A stretch of 64,000 nt of DNA from Candidatus Aminicenantes bacterium (GCA_963784525.1 CAWART010000020.1:23844-87843); one strand, 5' to 3'; positions 37,185 to 47,336 are shown, counted from the first letter of the stretch. Notes: generated by a model from the letters alone, not told the origin. Made by a program: numbers and translations.

Positions 37185-38517
37185 TCAGCGGGCCGATCCC
37201 GCGATCTCCCCGATGAGGCTGTAGGGCCCGCAGTCCGTCACGAGGACGTCGATGAAGCGTCCCCGGACGTCTTCGGGAGCGGCGAAATTGACGACCTGGA
37301 AGCCCTCGGTCCGGCCGGTGAAACGACCCTCGCCCTTCCGGCTGTCGCCCGTCCCGAGGACGCGGACGGTCGTCCCGACGACGGCCCGGTTCCGTTCGAG
37401 CTGGAGCCGCTTCTGGAGTTCCTGGAGGACGGCGAGCCTCCGGCTCTTGATCTCGGCGGGAACGTCATCGGGGAGCTTCGCCGCGGCCGTCATCGGCCGC
37501 GGGGAATAGAGGAACGAGAAGATGTTCGCGTAGCGGACCTCTTCGAGGGCGGAGAGGGTCGCTTCGAAATCCGCCTCGGTCTCTCCGGGGAAACCGACGA
37601 TGACGTCGGTGCTCAGGCTGATGTCCGGCATGAGGGCCTTGAGCATCCCGATCTTCTCCATGTATCCGGAGCGCGTGTACCCCCGGTTCATCCTCTCGAG
37701 GACCGCCGAAGATCCCGACTGGAGCGGGAGATGGATCTGGCGGCAGACCGTCGGCCGGTCGGCCATGACCCGGGCGAGCTCCGGGGAGAGGTCCCTGGGA
37801 TGAGAGGTGAGGAACCGCACCCAGGCGATGCCCTCGATACGGCTGACCCGGTCGAGGAGCGCCGGGAATCCCTCGCCTGTCCCGGGGTCGCGGTAGGAGT
37901 TCACGTTCTGCCCGAGGAGCTGGACCTCCCGGAATCCCTTTGCGGCGGTGTCCGCGACCTCGGCCATGACCTGATCCCTCGGCCGGCATTTCTCCCGGCC
38001 CCTGGCGAAGGGAACGACGCAATAGGCGCAGAAATTGTCACAGCCTTCCATGATGGGGACATACGCGCTCGATGGATCCTCCCTGAGGGTCGCGTCCGGG
38101 CCGAACTCGTGCCAGGTCCGGCTCCGGCCCGTGGCGACCCGCCCGCCGCGCGTCCGTTCCCTGAGGAGGGCGGGGATCTCATGATAGCGGTCGGGGCCGA
38201 TGACGAGGTCGACCCGGGGCTTCCCCCTGAGGAGTTCCCCGCGACGGAGCTGGGCCGAACATCCGGCGATGGCGACGAAGACGTCGCGCTCTTTCTGCAT
38301 GGCCGTGAGGCGGCCCAGGAAGGAGTCGGCCTTGGCCTCGGACTTTCCGCGCACGGCGCAGGTGTTGACGATGACGATATCGCTGTCTTCGAGGGACGTC
38401 GCCTTGACGGCTCCCGCCCCGGCGAGGAGCCCGGCGAGGTGCTCGGAATCGTTTTCGTTCATCTGACAACCGAACGTCCGGATGAAGAAACGGAGATCCT
38501 CCGAGATCGCTGGTCAT
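37185..38517 (-). CDS. miaB: tRNA-i6A37 methylthiotransferase MiaB, with an apparent +1 indel right after the start codon
   Basis: Radical SAM motif CDNFCAYC, TRAM domain at the C-terminus. The conserved N-terminal motif RFFIRTFGCQMNENDSE extends upstream of the track ORF start (38462). The ATG at 38517 is one frame off. Confidence 0.88.
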
Positions 38518-38590
38518 GTGTCGCCGTCGGTGTCCTTTCCGCGAACCCCTATCATACACGAACCTCGGGATCCGGGGAACGCGACCGGTC

Positions 38591-39025
38591 CTAGAGGATG
38601 TCTTCCAGGATATCGACGGCCGATGCGATGAGCAGGGGACAAAGGGTTTCGTGCAGTTTCCCGTCGTCGGCGATCTTCCGTCCCTCGACCGTCCCCATGT
38701 CGCAGCCGAGGAGGTCCCGGCACGGCAGGGCCCCGTGCCGCGACCGGAAGCGCCGGAAGAGCTCCCCGACCAGGGCGTAGGTCCTCTCTTTGGCCGCTGC
38801 GTCCTCGGGCCGGGTCCGGCCGTGCTTCAAGCCGATGATCATGATGGCGCCCGTCACGGCGCCGCATGTCTCGCCGAGGCGGGCCATGCCTCCGCCGAAG
38901 CCCTGCGCGATCCGGAGCGCCGTTTCGATCGGCAGTCCATGCTCTTCGGCGAAGACCGCCGCGACCGCCTGGGAACAGCTGAATCCTTCCTTGAAGAGCC
39001 CGAGGGCCCGTTCTTTCCTGTTCAT
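38591..39025 (-). CDS. C_GCAxxG_C_C family redox-active protein
   Basis: 144-aa ORF. FSCSQAV, ETCGAVTGA, LPCRDLLGC and LCPLL match the family's Cys pattern. Confidence 0.85.
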   Translation of the reverse strand: MNRKERALGLFKEGFSCSQAVAAVFAEEHGLPIETALRIAQGFGGGMARLGETCGAVTGAIMIIGLKHGRTRPEDAAAKERTYALVGELFRRFRSRHGALPCRDLLGCDMGTVEGRKIADDGKLHETLCPLLIASAVDILEDIL

Positions 39026-39044
39026 CTTCGCCTCCGATGCCGGT

Positions 39045-40751
39045 TCATTCCGAAGCCTTTCCGGGCCCCTTCGCCCTCTCCCGCGCGGGGAAATCGGTGA
39101 TCATCTCCCGGGCGCTTTGCAGGGAGGCCTCGGTGATCCGCGTCCCGGAGATGAGGCGCGCGATCTCCTCGACCCGCTCCTCCGGCCCCAGCTCCCGGAC
39201 GGTCGTGAAGGTCCGCGACCGTTCGACCGACTTCGCGACGCGGAAATGATGCGCGGCGGACGCGGCGATCCGGGGAAGGTGGGTGATGCAGAGGACCTGA
39301 TGCCGGCGGGCGAGGGACCTGAGCTTCTCGGCGACGGCCTCGGCCGTGCGTCCGCCGATCCCGGCGTCGATCTCGTCGAAGACCAGGGTCTTGGCGCCCT
39401 CGGTCCCCTTGCCCAGGGACCTCAGGGCCAGCATCACCCGGGACAGTTCTCCTCCGGACGCGATCCTGCGCAGGGGGCGAAGCTCCTCCCCGGGATTGGG
39501 CGAGATGAGGAATTCCACGTCGTCGATCCCCTCGTCGCGTATGGAGGACGGCTCGGACAGGGAAGCCGGAGTCGTTCGGACCTCCACTTTGAACGCGGCC
39601 TTTTTCATGCCCAGGAGGGAGATCTCCTTCTCGACGAGCTTCTCGAGCTCGGGCGCGCGGGCGGTCCGGAGGGCCGAGAGGCGGCGGGCGCTGTCGACGT
39701 AAGCCTTGTACCTTTCGGCGACCTCCCGGTCGAGGCCTTCGAGCCGCTCGCGGCCCGAAACGAGCTCTTTCTCCTCGGCCCGGACCGCTTCGAGGTGGGC
39801 CAGGATCTCCGGGATCCCCTGCCCGTATTTCCGCTTGAGCTTGTCGATGACGTCGAGGCGTTCCTCGACGGCCTCCAGGGATTCCGGGCCGCCCGGATTC
39901 CCGTCCTTGAACCTCATCAGGCCCCGGGCGAGCTCGTCAAGGAAGATGGCGAATTCCTCGACGGTCCGCAGGGACGCCGGAACGGAAGGCTCGTAGGGCG
40001 CCAAATCCTTCAGCACGGCCTTGAGGCGGGAGAGGAGGGGCAGGAGCGATTCCTCGCCGGCATAGCTCAGCTCGATCGCCTGCTCGACGAGGGCGGCGAT
40101 CTTGCCGGCGTTCTTCAGGACCTCCCTCGTCTGGGAGAGCTCTTCGTCTTCCCCGGGCCTGAGTCCGGCCGCTTCGATCTCGCGGACCTGGAAGCCGAGG
40201 AGATCGAGCCTTTGGGCGCGGTCCCGGCTTCGGGCCTCGAGGTCCTGCTTCTGGCGCAGGGCGGACCTCAACTCCCGGGCCGCGTCAGCGACGGCGTCCC
40301 GGAGGGTCTGGGCGTCGAGGAAGGCGTCGAGATATCCGCGATGGCTCTCGACATGCAGGAGGAAGACATGATCGTTCTGACCATAGATGTCGGCGACGCC
40401 CGCTCCCGCGTCCTTCAGTGCGCGGGCCGGGACGAGGACCCCGTTGACGTAGGCTTTCCCCGTCCCCTGAGCGGGGATCTGCCTCTGGACCAGGATCCCG
40501 TCGCCTTCGTCGGAAGCCGAGAGAGGGAGGGACCCCCGCGGCGCTTCGAAGAGGGCTTCGACGGAGGCTTCAGAGGCGCCCGTCCGAACGAAATCCGGGG
40601 AACCCTTCTCGCCGAGCAGGAGGCGGATGGCGTCGATGAGGATCGATTTTCCGGCTCCGGTCTCGCCGGTCAGGACGGAGAAGCCGTCGGCGAGCTCGAG
40701 GGTCAGATCTTCGATGGTGGCGAGGTTCCGAACCCGCAAGAACTTGATCAT
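39045..40751 (-). CDS. recN: DNA repair protein RecN
   Basis: 568-aa ORF. LTGETGAGKSILIDA Walker A, long coiled coil, ASGGELSRVMLAL signature, LVFDEIDAGIGG Walker B. Confidence 0.95.
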   Translation of the reverse strand: MIKFLRVRNLATIEDLTLELADGFSVLTGETGAGKSILIDAIRLLLGEKGSPDFVRTGASEASVEALFEAPRGSLPLSASDEGDGILVQRQIPAQGTGKAYVNGVLVPARALKDAGAGVADIYGQNDHVFLLHVESHRGYLDAFLDAQTLRDAVADAARELRSALRQKQDLEARSRDRAQRLDLLGFQVREIEAAGLRPGEDEELSQTREVLKNAGKIAALVEQAIELSYAGEESLLPLLSRLKAVLKDLAPYEPSVPASLRTVEEFAIFLDELARGLMRFKDGNPGGPESLEAVEERLDVIDKLKRKYGQGIPEILAHLEAVRAEEKELVSGRERLEGLDREVAERYKAYVDSARRLSALRTARAPELEKLVEKEISLLGMKKAAFKVEVRTTPASLSEPSSIRDEGIDDVEFLISPNPGEELRPLRRIASGGELSRVMLALRSLGKGTEGAKTLVFDEIDAGIGGRTAEAVAEKLRSLARRHQVLCITHLPRIAASAAHHFRVAKSVERSRTFTTVRELGPEERVEEIARLISGTRITEASLQSAREMITDFPARERAKGPGKASE

Positions 40752-40762
40752 GCCGTTTCGCG

Positions 40763-42145
40763 TTATTTCGTAGGCTTCAGCTCGTAGGGGGCCAGGGCCC
40801 GTTCGGCGTTGATCCGGCCGTAGCCGAGCTCGTCATCCCGGCCCGGGAACGCGGTCGCGTTCACGTCGTCGGCGGAATACCTGATGATGTTCATGATCTC
40901 CCCGGCCGTGAGCCAGGGCTTGAGGCTCTTGAGGAGCGCCGCCAGCCCGGCGACGTGGGGTGTGGCCATCGAGGTGCCGCCGGCGTAGACGTACGGGGCG
41001 AACCCGTCCGGAGTGTCCCAGGTCGGGTAAAGGCTCAGGACGTCCACGCCCGGGGCGGCCACGTCGATCTCCGGGCCCAGATTGGAAAAGGAGGCCCGGT
41101 TGTCGGCGTAATCCGTGGCCGCGACGGCCAGGCAGTACTGATCGTAGGCCGCCGGATAAAGGACGGGCCCGGCCTCGTTTCCGGCCGCGGCCACTATGAC
41201 CACGTTATTGTCATAGGCATACTTGAGGGCCGCCAGGAGATCGTCGTCGCGCTCCTCCCCCCCGAGGCTGAGGTTGATGACCCGGGCGCCCTGGTCGACG
41301 GCCCAGTAGAGGGCCAGGATCAGGGCCCCGTAATCGCCCTCGCCCGAGGCGGAGATGATCTTGCCCGGCAGGACGGTGCAGTTCCAGCCGACCCCGGCGA
41401 TCCCGAGCTCATTATTGGTTTCGGCCGCGGCGATCCCGGCGACGTGGGTTCCGTGCCAATGGTCGTCGCTCGCGTCGTTGTCCCCGTTGATGAAATCCTT
41501 TCCCCGGGAGACGAGCTTGTTCCTGATATCGGGGTGATCCAGGTCGACGCCGGTATCCAGGACGGCGATGATGACGCCGGAATCGCCCTTGGTCTGGTCC
41601 CAGGCCCCGGTCGCATTGATGTCGGCCCCGGCCGTGCCCTGAGGCTGGTCGGGAAGGTCGTCGAGGACCTGGCCCGAATTGGAAAGGGCGTACTGGTTGC
41701 TGAAGTACCTGTCGTTGGGCCTGACGGAGATCCGGGTGACGGGATCGGGCCGCGCGTTCGAAACGTCCGGATTGCGGTTCAGCGCCGAGATGAGCTCCGG
41801 TGCGGATACGCCCTTCGGGACCGCGACCACATGGAATCCGGCCCGCGGGACGGACGCGATCGTTTCCGCCCCGTACGCTTTGAGGGTCGGCCCGACGCTC
41901 CGGGCGGAAAAGCCGGGGCGGAACGTAACGAGCACTCTGTCCTCCGCGAACCGGCTCCCGTCCCGGGAGGGGAGCGTCGCCCGCCCAAGGGTGCGGATCC
42001 TCGGGGACCCGGTCCGGCCGGGCCTCATGTCCCGGGGATGGTCGCCGCCGGAACCGAACGCCTCGAGGCCGGCCAGGACGAGCGCGGCGCAGGCCAGGGC
42101 CAGCGCCGGGGCCGCGAGGGCGGCTTTTCTATGGGAATGGCTCAT
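40763..42145 (-). CDS. secreted S8 family serine peptidase (subtilisin-like)
   Basis: 460-aa ORF with a signal peptide and the catalytic triad contexts VLDTGVDLDHPD, HGTHVAGIAAA and GTSMATPHVAGLAALL. Confidence 0.92.
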   Translation of the reverse strand: MSHSHRKAALAAPALALACAALVLAGLEAFGSGGDHPRDMRPGRTGSPRIRTLGRATLPSRDGSRFAEDRVLVTFRPGFSARSVGPTLKAYGAETIASVPRAGFHVVAVPKGVSAPELISALNRNPDVSNARPDPVTRISVRPNDRYFSNQYALSNSGQVLDDLPDQPQGTAGADINATGAWDQTKGDSGVIIAVLDTGVDLDHPDIRNKLVSRGKDFINGDNDASDDHWHGTHVAGIAAAETNNELGIAGVGWNCTVLPGKIISASGEGDYGALILALYWAVDQGARVINLSLGGEERDDDLLAALKYAYDNNVVIVAAAGNEAGPVLYPAAYDQYCLAVAATDYADNRASFSNLGPEIDVAAPGVDVLSLYPTWDTPDGFAPYVYAGGTSMATPHVAGLAALLKSLKPWLTAGEIMNIIRYSADDVNATAFPGRDDELGYGRINAERALAPYELKPTK

Positions 42146-42163
42146 GGATATCTCCTCACGTCG

Positions 42164-42943
42164 CTAGAAGCCGTAGAGAAGCCTGACGTTGGCGCCGATA
42201 TCGGTCCTTCCCTTGGAGGGAATGACGCCGGCTTCACCGTCGACGACGAACCCGCGTCCGAGGTCGAAGGCCGCGCCCAGGGCGATCCGCAGAAGGCCCT
42301 TCTGGGCGAACTTCCGGCCCTGCTCCCCGCCGAGCTCGCCGAGGGTTTCCGTCATCCGGAAATCTCCCCGGAGCCAGTTCAGCGACACGCCGAGGTAGGG
42401 CGTGAAGCCCCCTGCAGCCTTGTAGCTCAGGGTCGGCCCGATCTCGAACTCGGACCATTTCGGCCGGCCCGTGGCGTCGCCCTCCACGGCGAATCCCTCG
42501 ATGGGCCAGCTTTTCGAGGACCCCGAATAAAAGACGAAGCTCGCGCGCGCTCCCGTCTCAAAGTTCCCGTAGGTAAAAATGTTTTTTCGGACCGCGCCGC
42601 CGAAAGCGAACCCCTTCATGGCGGCCGCCCGGTACTCGAGCGAGATCGGGAGCGTCCGGAAGGCCGCCCCGTCGGGATCGCAGAAGCCCATCCCCGCGAA
42701 GAGGCTCAGGCCGAGCCCGCGGGAGAAGCTCACGTCCGCGGCGAGTCCGAGGAGCCGGGTCTTGAGCCTGGATTCGTCGGGCCCCTTGTCCCAGCGCACG
42801 CTCCTCTCGGCGAACCCGCCCCGGAGGCCGAACTTCAGGGTCGCATCGCCCAAGGCGCCGGTCCCCGGGGTCCGGGCCGACGCGCTCCCGGCCAGGGCCG
42901 CGCCGACGGCCAGCGCGACGCAGATCTTTGCAGCTCTTTTCAT
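42164..42943 (-). CDS. outer-membrane beta-barrel protein (unknown family)
   Basis: MKRAAKICVALAVGAALAGSASA signal peptide, alternating beta-strand pattern, C-terminal ...NVRLLYGF. Confidence 0.7.
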   Translation of the reverse strand: MKRAAKICVALAVGAALAGSASARTPGTGALGDATLKFGLRGGFAERSVRWDKGPDESRLKTRLLGLAADVSFSRGLGLSLFAGMGFCDPDGAAFRTLPISLEYRAAAMKGFAFGGAVRKNIFTYGNFETGARASFVFYSGSSKSWPIEGFAVEGDATGRPKWSEFEIGPTLSYKAAGGFTPYLGVSLNWLRGDFRMTETLGELGGEQGRKFAQKGLLRIALGAAFDLGRGFVVDGEAGVIPSKGRTDIGANVRLLYGF

Positions 42944-42962
42944 CGGGCCCTCCAAGGGAACG

Positions 42963-43784
42963 TCACTTCTTGACCTGGGCCAGGGCTTCGATCTCCTTGA
43001 GCCGCTCCTGGGCCTTCTTCACGAATTCGCTTTTCGGGTGATCCGTGATGAGCTTGGTGAAATAGGGAGCGCTCTGGTCGGCCTTGTTCCACAGGAAATA
43101 GGAATCCCCGAGATAGAAATAGACGGCGTCCATATTCGAAAATCCGGGATAGTTCGTGACGATCTCTCCCAGCCGGCTCGTCGCGGCCTTGTAGGCCTTG
43201 ACCCGGTGATAATGCTTGCCGATGGTCAGGGTGTGCTCGGCCAGCCGCTCCTCGCAATCCTTGATCCTGTCCTGCGCGGTCCGGGCCTGGTCGCTTGCCG
43301 GATACGCCGTGACGACCTTCTTGAACTCGGCCAGGGCCTGGACGGTCTTTGTCTGGTCGCGCCCGGGCTTCAGGGCCTTGCCGAAGAACGTCATTCCGAT
43401 CTGGTACTGGCAATACGCCGCCGAAGGGCTGTAAGGATAGAGGTTGATGAATTCCCTGTATTCGGCCGCGGCCAGGATCATGTTGCCTTCGTCTCCCTTC
43501 CGGAAGTAGGCGTCGGCGATGAGGAGCTTGGCCCGCTGGGCGTAGAAGCTCTTGGGGAAGGAATCGATGACCTGTCTGAGGTAGAGGAGGGCCTTCTCGG
43601 TGTCCTTCTTGACCTCCGCCTCGCCGAGCTTGAACAGGGCCTCGTCGGATGAGGCGACGTCGGGGGAGACCTCGACCTTTTTCCCCCTGCAGGCGGGCAG
43701 AACGAGGATGAGCGTGATGCCCAGGGCGATCGCGAAGCGCGTCGTTCGTGATAGGAATGTCATGGTGACGTTCTCTCCGTTCAT
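42963..43784 (-). CDS. bamD: outer membrane protein assembly factor BamD (TPR lipoprotein)
   Basis: The ATG at 43784 forms an ATGA overlap with the upstream stop (alternative ATG at 43763). ...LILVLPAC lipobox-like signal. TPR-like repeats (ADAYFRKGD..., YPYSPSAAYCQYQIG..., YPASDQARTAQDRI...). Confidence 0.85.
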   Translation of the reverse strand: MNGENVTMTFLSRTTRFAIALGITLILVLPACRGKKVEVSPDVASSDEALFKLGEAEVKKDTEKALLYLRQVIDSFPKSFYAQRAKLLIADAYFRKGDEGNMILAAAEYREFINLYPYSPSAAYCQYQIGMTFFGKALKPGRDQTKTVQALAEFKKVVTAYPASDQARTAQDRIKDCEERLAEHTLTIGKHYHRVKAYKAATSRLGEIVTNYPGFSNMDAVYFYLGDSYFLWNKADQSAPYFTKLITDHPKSEFVKKAQERLKEIEALAQVKK

Positions 43785-44725
43785 GAAGAATAGATCTCGC
43801 GGACCCAGAGCCACTCCTGCCGGAGCCCGTCCTCGAGCTCCGTCCTCGGAGAGTAATCCAGGTCCCTTCGCGCCTTCGCGATGTCGGCCCAGGTGTCGGG
43901 GACGTCCCCTTTCTGCCGGTCGGCCCACCGGACCCGCGCCGTGGCCCCGCTGACGGCTTCCATGACGCCGATGACCTCGGCCAGCGGCCTGCGGTGACCG
44001 CCTCCGATATTGTACGTCTCCCCGGGCCGGCCCGCCTCGAGCGCCGCCAGGTTGGCCCGGACGATGTCGGCGACGAACGTGAAGTCCCGCGTCTGGCGTC
44101 CGTCACCGAATACGGTGAGCTCCCGGTCCTCGGCCAGGGCCTTGAAGAACTTGTGGAAGGCCATGTCGGGGCGTTGCGAGGGTCCGTAAACGGTGAAGAA
44201 CCGGAGGGAGACCGCGGGCACGCCGAAATTCTTGAAGTACAGGAAGCACAACTGTTCGGCGGCGAGCTTGGACACGCCGTACGGGGACAGGGGCTGGACG
44301 GGGTTCGTCTCGGCCATGGGAAGGACCGGCGTGAGTCCGTAGACCGAGGACGAGGACGCGTAGACGAACTTCTTGAGCCCGAGGTCCCGGGAGGCTTCGA
44401 GCAGTTTCTGCGTGACCTGGATGTTGTTCCGGGTGTAGACGTCGAAACTCCGCCCCCAGCTGGCCCTGACCCCGGCCTGCGCCGCGAGGTGAAAGACCGC
44501 ATCGGCCCCCGCGAGGACGGGGGCGAGATCCATGGCGTCCAGATCCGCCTCGAGGAGCTCGAATCCCGGCTCCCCGCGCAGGGAAGCGGCATTCCGCTCC
44601 TTGATCCACCGCGGGTAATAATCCGTGAACGCGTCGATACCGGTGACGAAGTGCCCCCGGGCGAGGAGCTCCCGGCAGAGGTTCGATCCGATGAACCCCG
44701 CCGCGCCGGTGACGACGATCTTCAT
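43781..44725 (-). CDS. NAD-dependent epimerase/dehydratase (UDP-sugar 4-epimerase-like)
   Basis: The conserved start MKIVVTGAAGFIGSNL is at ATG 44725 inside track ORF 43781..45148. YGVSKLAAE catalytic YxxxK. Confidence 0.9.
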   Translation of the reverse strand: MKIVVTGAAGFIGSNLCRELLARGHFVTGIDAFTDYYPRWIKERNAASLRGEPGFELLEADLDAMDLAPVLAGADAVFHLAAQAGVRASWGRSFDVYTRNNIQVTQKLLEASRDLGLKKFVYASSSSVYGLTPVLPMAETNPVQPLSPYGVSKLAAEQLCFLYFKNFGVPAVSLRFFTVYGPSQRPDMAFHKFFKALAEDRELTVFGDGRQTRDFTFVADIVRANLAALEAGRPGETYNIGGGHRRPLAEVIGVMEAVSGATARVRWADRQKGDVPDTWADIAKARRDLDYSPRTELEDGLRQEWLWVREIYSS

Positions 44726-45399
44726 GGCCGCCGCGCCCCGCCGCGCGCTTCGGCCGTGTCCTTCATCCGGCGGATCACCGCGGCCGGGTCGGGGGCCGCG
44801 TAGATCGCCGAGCCGGCGACGAGGACGTCCGCGCCGTCGGCGACGAGGTCCTCGAAGTTCCCGAGGTTGACACCTCCGTCGACCTCGATGAGGACGTCGA
44901 GGCCCCGCTCCCGGATCCGCGTTCCGAGCGCCTTGATCTTTTTCCGGGCGGAGGGGATGAACCGTTGCCCCCCCCAACCGGGATTGACGGACATCAGAAG
45001 GACGAAATCCAGGTCCGGGAGGATCTCCTCGAGAAGGGAGATGGGGGTGGCGGGATTGAGGGCGAGGCCGGCCTTGCGCCCGAGCTCCCGGACGAGAGAG
45101 ACATCCTTGTGGAGGTGGGCGGAGGCCTCCAGATGGAAGGAGATCCAATCGGCCCCGGCCTCGCTGAAGGCCGGGATGAACGCCCGCGGGTCATCGATCA
45201 TGAGGTGGACGTCGAGCGGCAGGCGGGTCATCTTCCTCAGGGACGCCACGAGCTGGGGGCCGAGCGTCAGGTTGGGGACGAAATGGCCGTCCATGACGTC
45301 GATATGGACGAGGTCGGCCCCGGCCTTTTCGGCCAGCGCGACGGCCTCGCCGAGGCGGGCGAAATCGGCCGAGAGGATCGAGGGGGCGATGAGGGCCAT
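44722..45399 (-). CDS. rpe: ribulose-phosphate 3-epimerase
   Basis: 225-aa ORF. APSILSADF, HIDVMDGHFVPN, MSVNPGWGGQ and VDGG. Confidence 0.95.
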   Translation of the reverse strand: MALIAPSILSADFARLGEAVALAEKAGADLVHIDVMDGHFVPNLTLGPQLVASLRKMTRLPLDVHLMIDDPRAFIPAFSEAGADWISFHLEASAHLHKDVSLVRELGRKAGLALNPATPISLLEEILPDLDFVLLMSVNPGWGGQRFIPSARKKIKALGTRIRERGLDVLIEVDGGVNLGNFEDLVADGADVLVAGSAIYAAPDPAAVIRRMKDTAEARGGARRP

Positions 45400-46115
45400 C
45401 AGCGGCTGACCTCCAGCGTGACGAGATTCCTTTTCTGGATGCGATATCCGTTCGGAGGGGATTGCCTGATGATGACGCCCTTGCCGAGCCCGGGGTAGTA
45501 GCTGTACCGGATATCGCCGATCTTGAACTCGAGCTCGCCCAGGCGGGCGATGGCGGCATCCGCGTCCCGGCCGATCAGGTCCGGCATGACGTAACGGGCC
45601 TCCCGGTCCCCCTGGCTGACGAGGAGACCGACGGCCGAATTTCGCGCGGCCGGCTCCCCGGCCTGGGGATGCTGGGCCAGGATCTTGCCGGCCGCGGCCC
45701 GCGGCGTGTGGATCTGGGTGATCCTTCCCTTGAAGAGAGCCGAATCCCTCAGGAGGGGCATGACCGATTCGAGGCTCCGGCCTTCCAGGGCGGGGACGGC
45801 GACCTTCCGGCTTCCCGAGCTGGTCACGACGCCGACGACCTTCGTCACCCGGATCCTGGAGCCGGGGGCCGGGTCCTGGCGCACGATCCGTCCCGTTTCC
45901 CAGGCGTCGTTCGATTCGGTCCCGCGTCGGGCCAGGCCGAGGTCCTTCTTTTCGAGGATGGCCTTGGCCTCGGGGAGGGTCTTTCCCGCAAGGTCCGGGA
46001 CGGACACGGTCTCGCCCTTCAGGATGATCTGGGAAAAGACGACGGCGCTCAGGAAGAACAGGTTGGCGAAGACCAGGGCGTAAATCGGAATATCAATCAG
46101 GCTCTTCTTGGACAT
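45399..46115 (-). CDS. membrane-anchored protein with three PASTA domains and no kinase or transpeptidase domain
   Basis: 238-aa ORF. N-terminal TM helix, then three repeats starting VPDLAGKTLPEAK, VPALEGRSLESV and MPDLIGRDADAA. Confidence 0.85.
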   Translation of the reverse strand: MSKKSLIDIPIYALVFANLFFLSAVVFSQIILKGETVSVPDLAGKTLPEAKAILEKKDLGLARRGTESNDAWETGRIVRQDPAPGSRIRVTKVVGVVTSSGSRKVAVPALEGRSLESVMPLLRDSALFKGRITQIHTPRAAAGKILAQHPQAGEPAARNSAVGLLVSQGDREARYVMPDLIGRDADAAIARLGELEFKIGDIRYSYYPGLGKGVIIRQSPPNGYRIQKRNLVTLEVSR

Positions 46116-46301
46116 GCGACGGTTTCAAGGGATCCGGATACCGGAATATCTATACCATAGAACCATAACCAAGTAAACCGGCTGAACGTTGCCGGAACGG
46201 GCCCCGTCGCCGGCGCCCCCCCCGGCCCGGCTTCCCCGGACATTCGCCCTTTTCCCGCGGAGCCGGCTGGGTTATAATGCGTGCTTCATGGGAGAACGAA
46301 C

Positions 46302-47336
46302 ATGACACAATTTTCGGATTTTCGAAGCGACACCGTAACGCGCCCGACCGACAAGATGCGGAGGGCCATGGCCGAGGCGGTGGTCGGGGACGATGTCCTC
46401 GGCGACGATCCGACCGTGCAGAGGCTCGAGGCGCTGGCGGCCGAGACCATGGGCAAGGAGGCCGCGCTCTTCTGTCCGTCCGGGACGATGGCGAACTCCA
46501 TCGCCGTGAAGATGTGGACAGGCGCTCTCGAAGAGGTCATCGTCGAGGAGCGCTCCCACATCTACAACATGGAATCCACGCACATGACCTTCATCTCGGG
46601 CGTCACGCCGCGCCCCGTCCGCTCGAACCGCGGCGTCATGGACCCGGAAGACGTCCGGGCGGCCGTCCGCAAGCCCAACGTCCACACGCCGCGGACCTCC
46701 CTCATCTGCCTCGAGAACACGCATAACAACTGGAGCGGATCGGTCCTGCCCCTCGAGAATTTCGAGGCGATCAGGAAGGTGGCGGACGCCAACGGCCTCA
46801 AGGTCCATCTGGACGGGGCCCGGATCTTCAACGCGAGCCACGCCTCGGGGGTCCCGGTCAAAGCCTACGCCGGCCAGGTCGACTCGCTGATGTTCTGCCT
46901 GTCGAAGGGCCTTTCGGCCCCGGCCGGCTCGTTGCTCGTGGCGGACAGGGAGCACATCGAATACGGCCGGCGGATCCGCAAGGCGCTCGGAGGCGGGATG
47001 CGCCAGGTCGGCGTCCTGGCGGCCCCGGGGCTCATCGCCCTGACCGAGATGCCGCCGCAGCTCAAGGAGGACAACGCGAGGGCGGGACGGCTGGCCCGGG
47101 CCATCCAGGGCCTGCCGGGCATCGTCATCGACCCCGCGCTCGTCCGCACGAACATCGTCTTCTTCGACTTCAAGCATCCCAAGCTGACCATCGCCGGTCT
47201 TTTGGCCGGGCTGAAGGAGAGGGGCGTTCTTGCCCTGTCCCTTCCCGGAGGCGTCCGGTTCGTCACGCACAAGGACGTCGGCGACGCGGACGTCGAACGG
47301 GCCGTCGCGGCGTTCCGCGAGATCCTCGGAGGCTGA
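46302..47336 (+). CDS. ltaE: low-specificity L-threonine aldolase
   Basis: The start MTQFSDFRSDTVTRPT is at ATG 46302 (GGAGAA upstream, TATAAT at 46273..46278). GDDVLGDDPTV, SGTMAN and the PLP-Lys context FCLSKGLSAP. Confidence 0.9.
   Translation: MTQFSDFRSDTVTRPTDKMRRAMAEAVVGDDVLGDDPTVQRLEALAAETMGKEAALFCPSGTMANSIAVKMWTGALEEVIVEERSHIYNMESTHMTFISGVTPRPVRSNRGVMDPEDVRAAVRKPNVHTPRTSLICLENTHNNWSGSVLPLENFEAIRKVADANGLKVHLDGARIFNASHASGVPVKAYAGQVDSLMFCLSKGLSAPAGSLLVADREHIEYGRRIRKALGGGMRQVGVLAAPGLIALTEMPPQLKEDNARAGRLARAIQGLPGIVIDPALVRTNIVFFDFKHPKLTIAGLLAGLKERGVLALSLPGGVRFVTHKDVGDADVERAVAAFREILGG

Noticed and set aside
38790-42973. Two plus-strand ORFs of 665 aa and 672 aa (38790..40787 and 40955..42973).
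   Set aside because: They are antisense to recN, the S8 peptidase and the OMP gene. They have acidic/Gly/Arg-rich low-complexity translations and no motifs.
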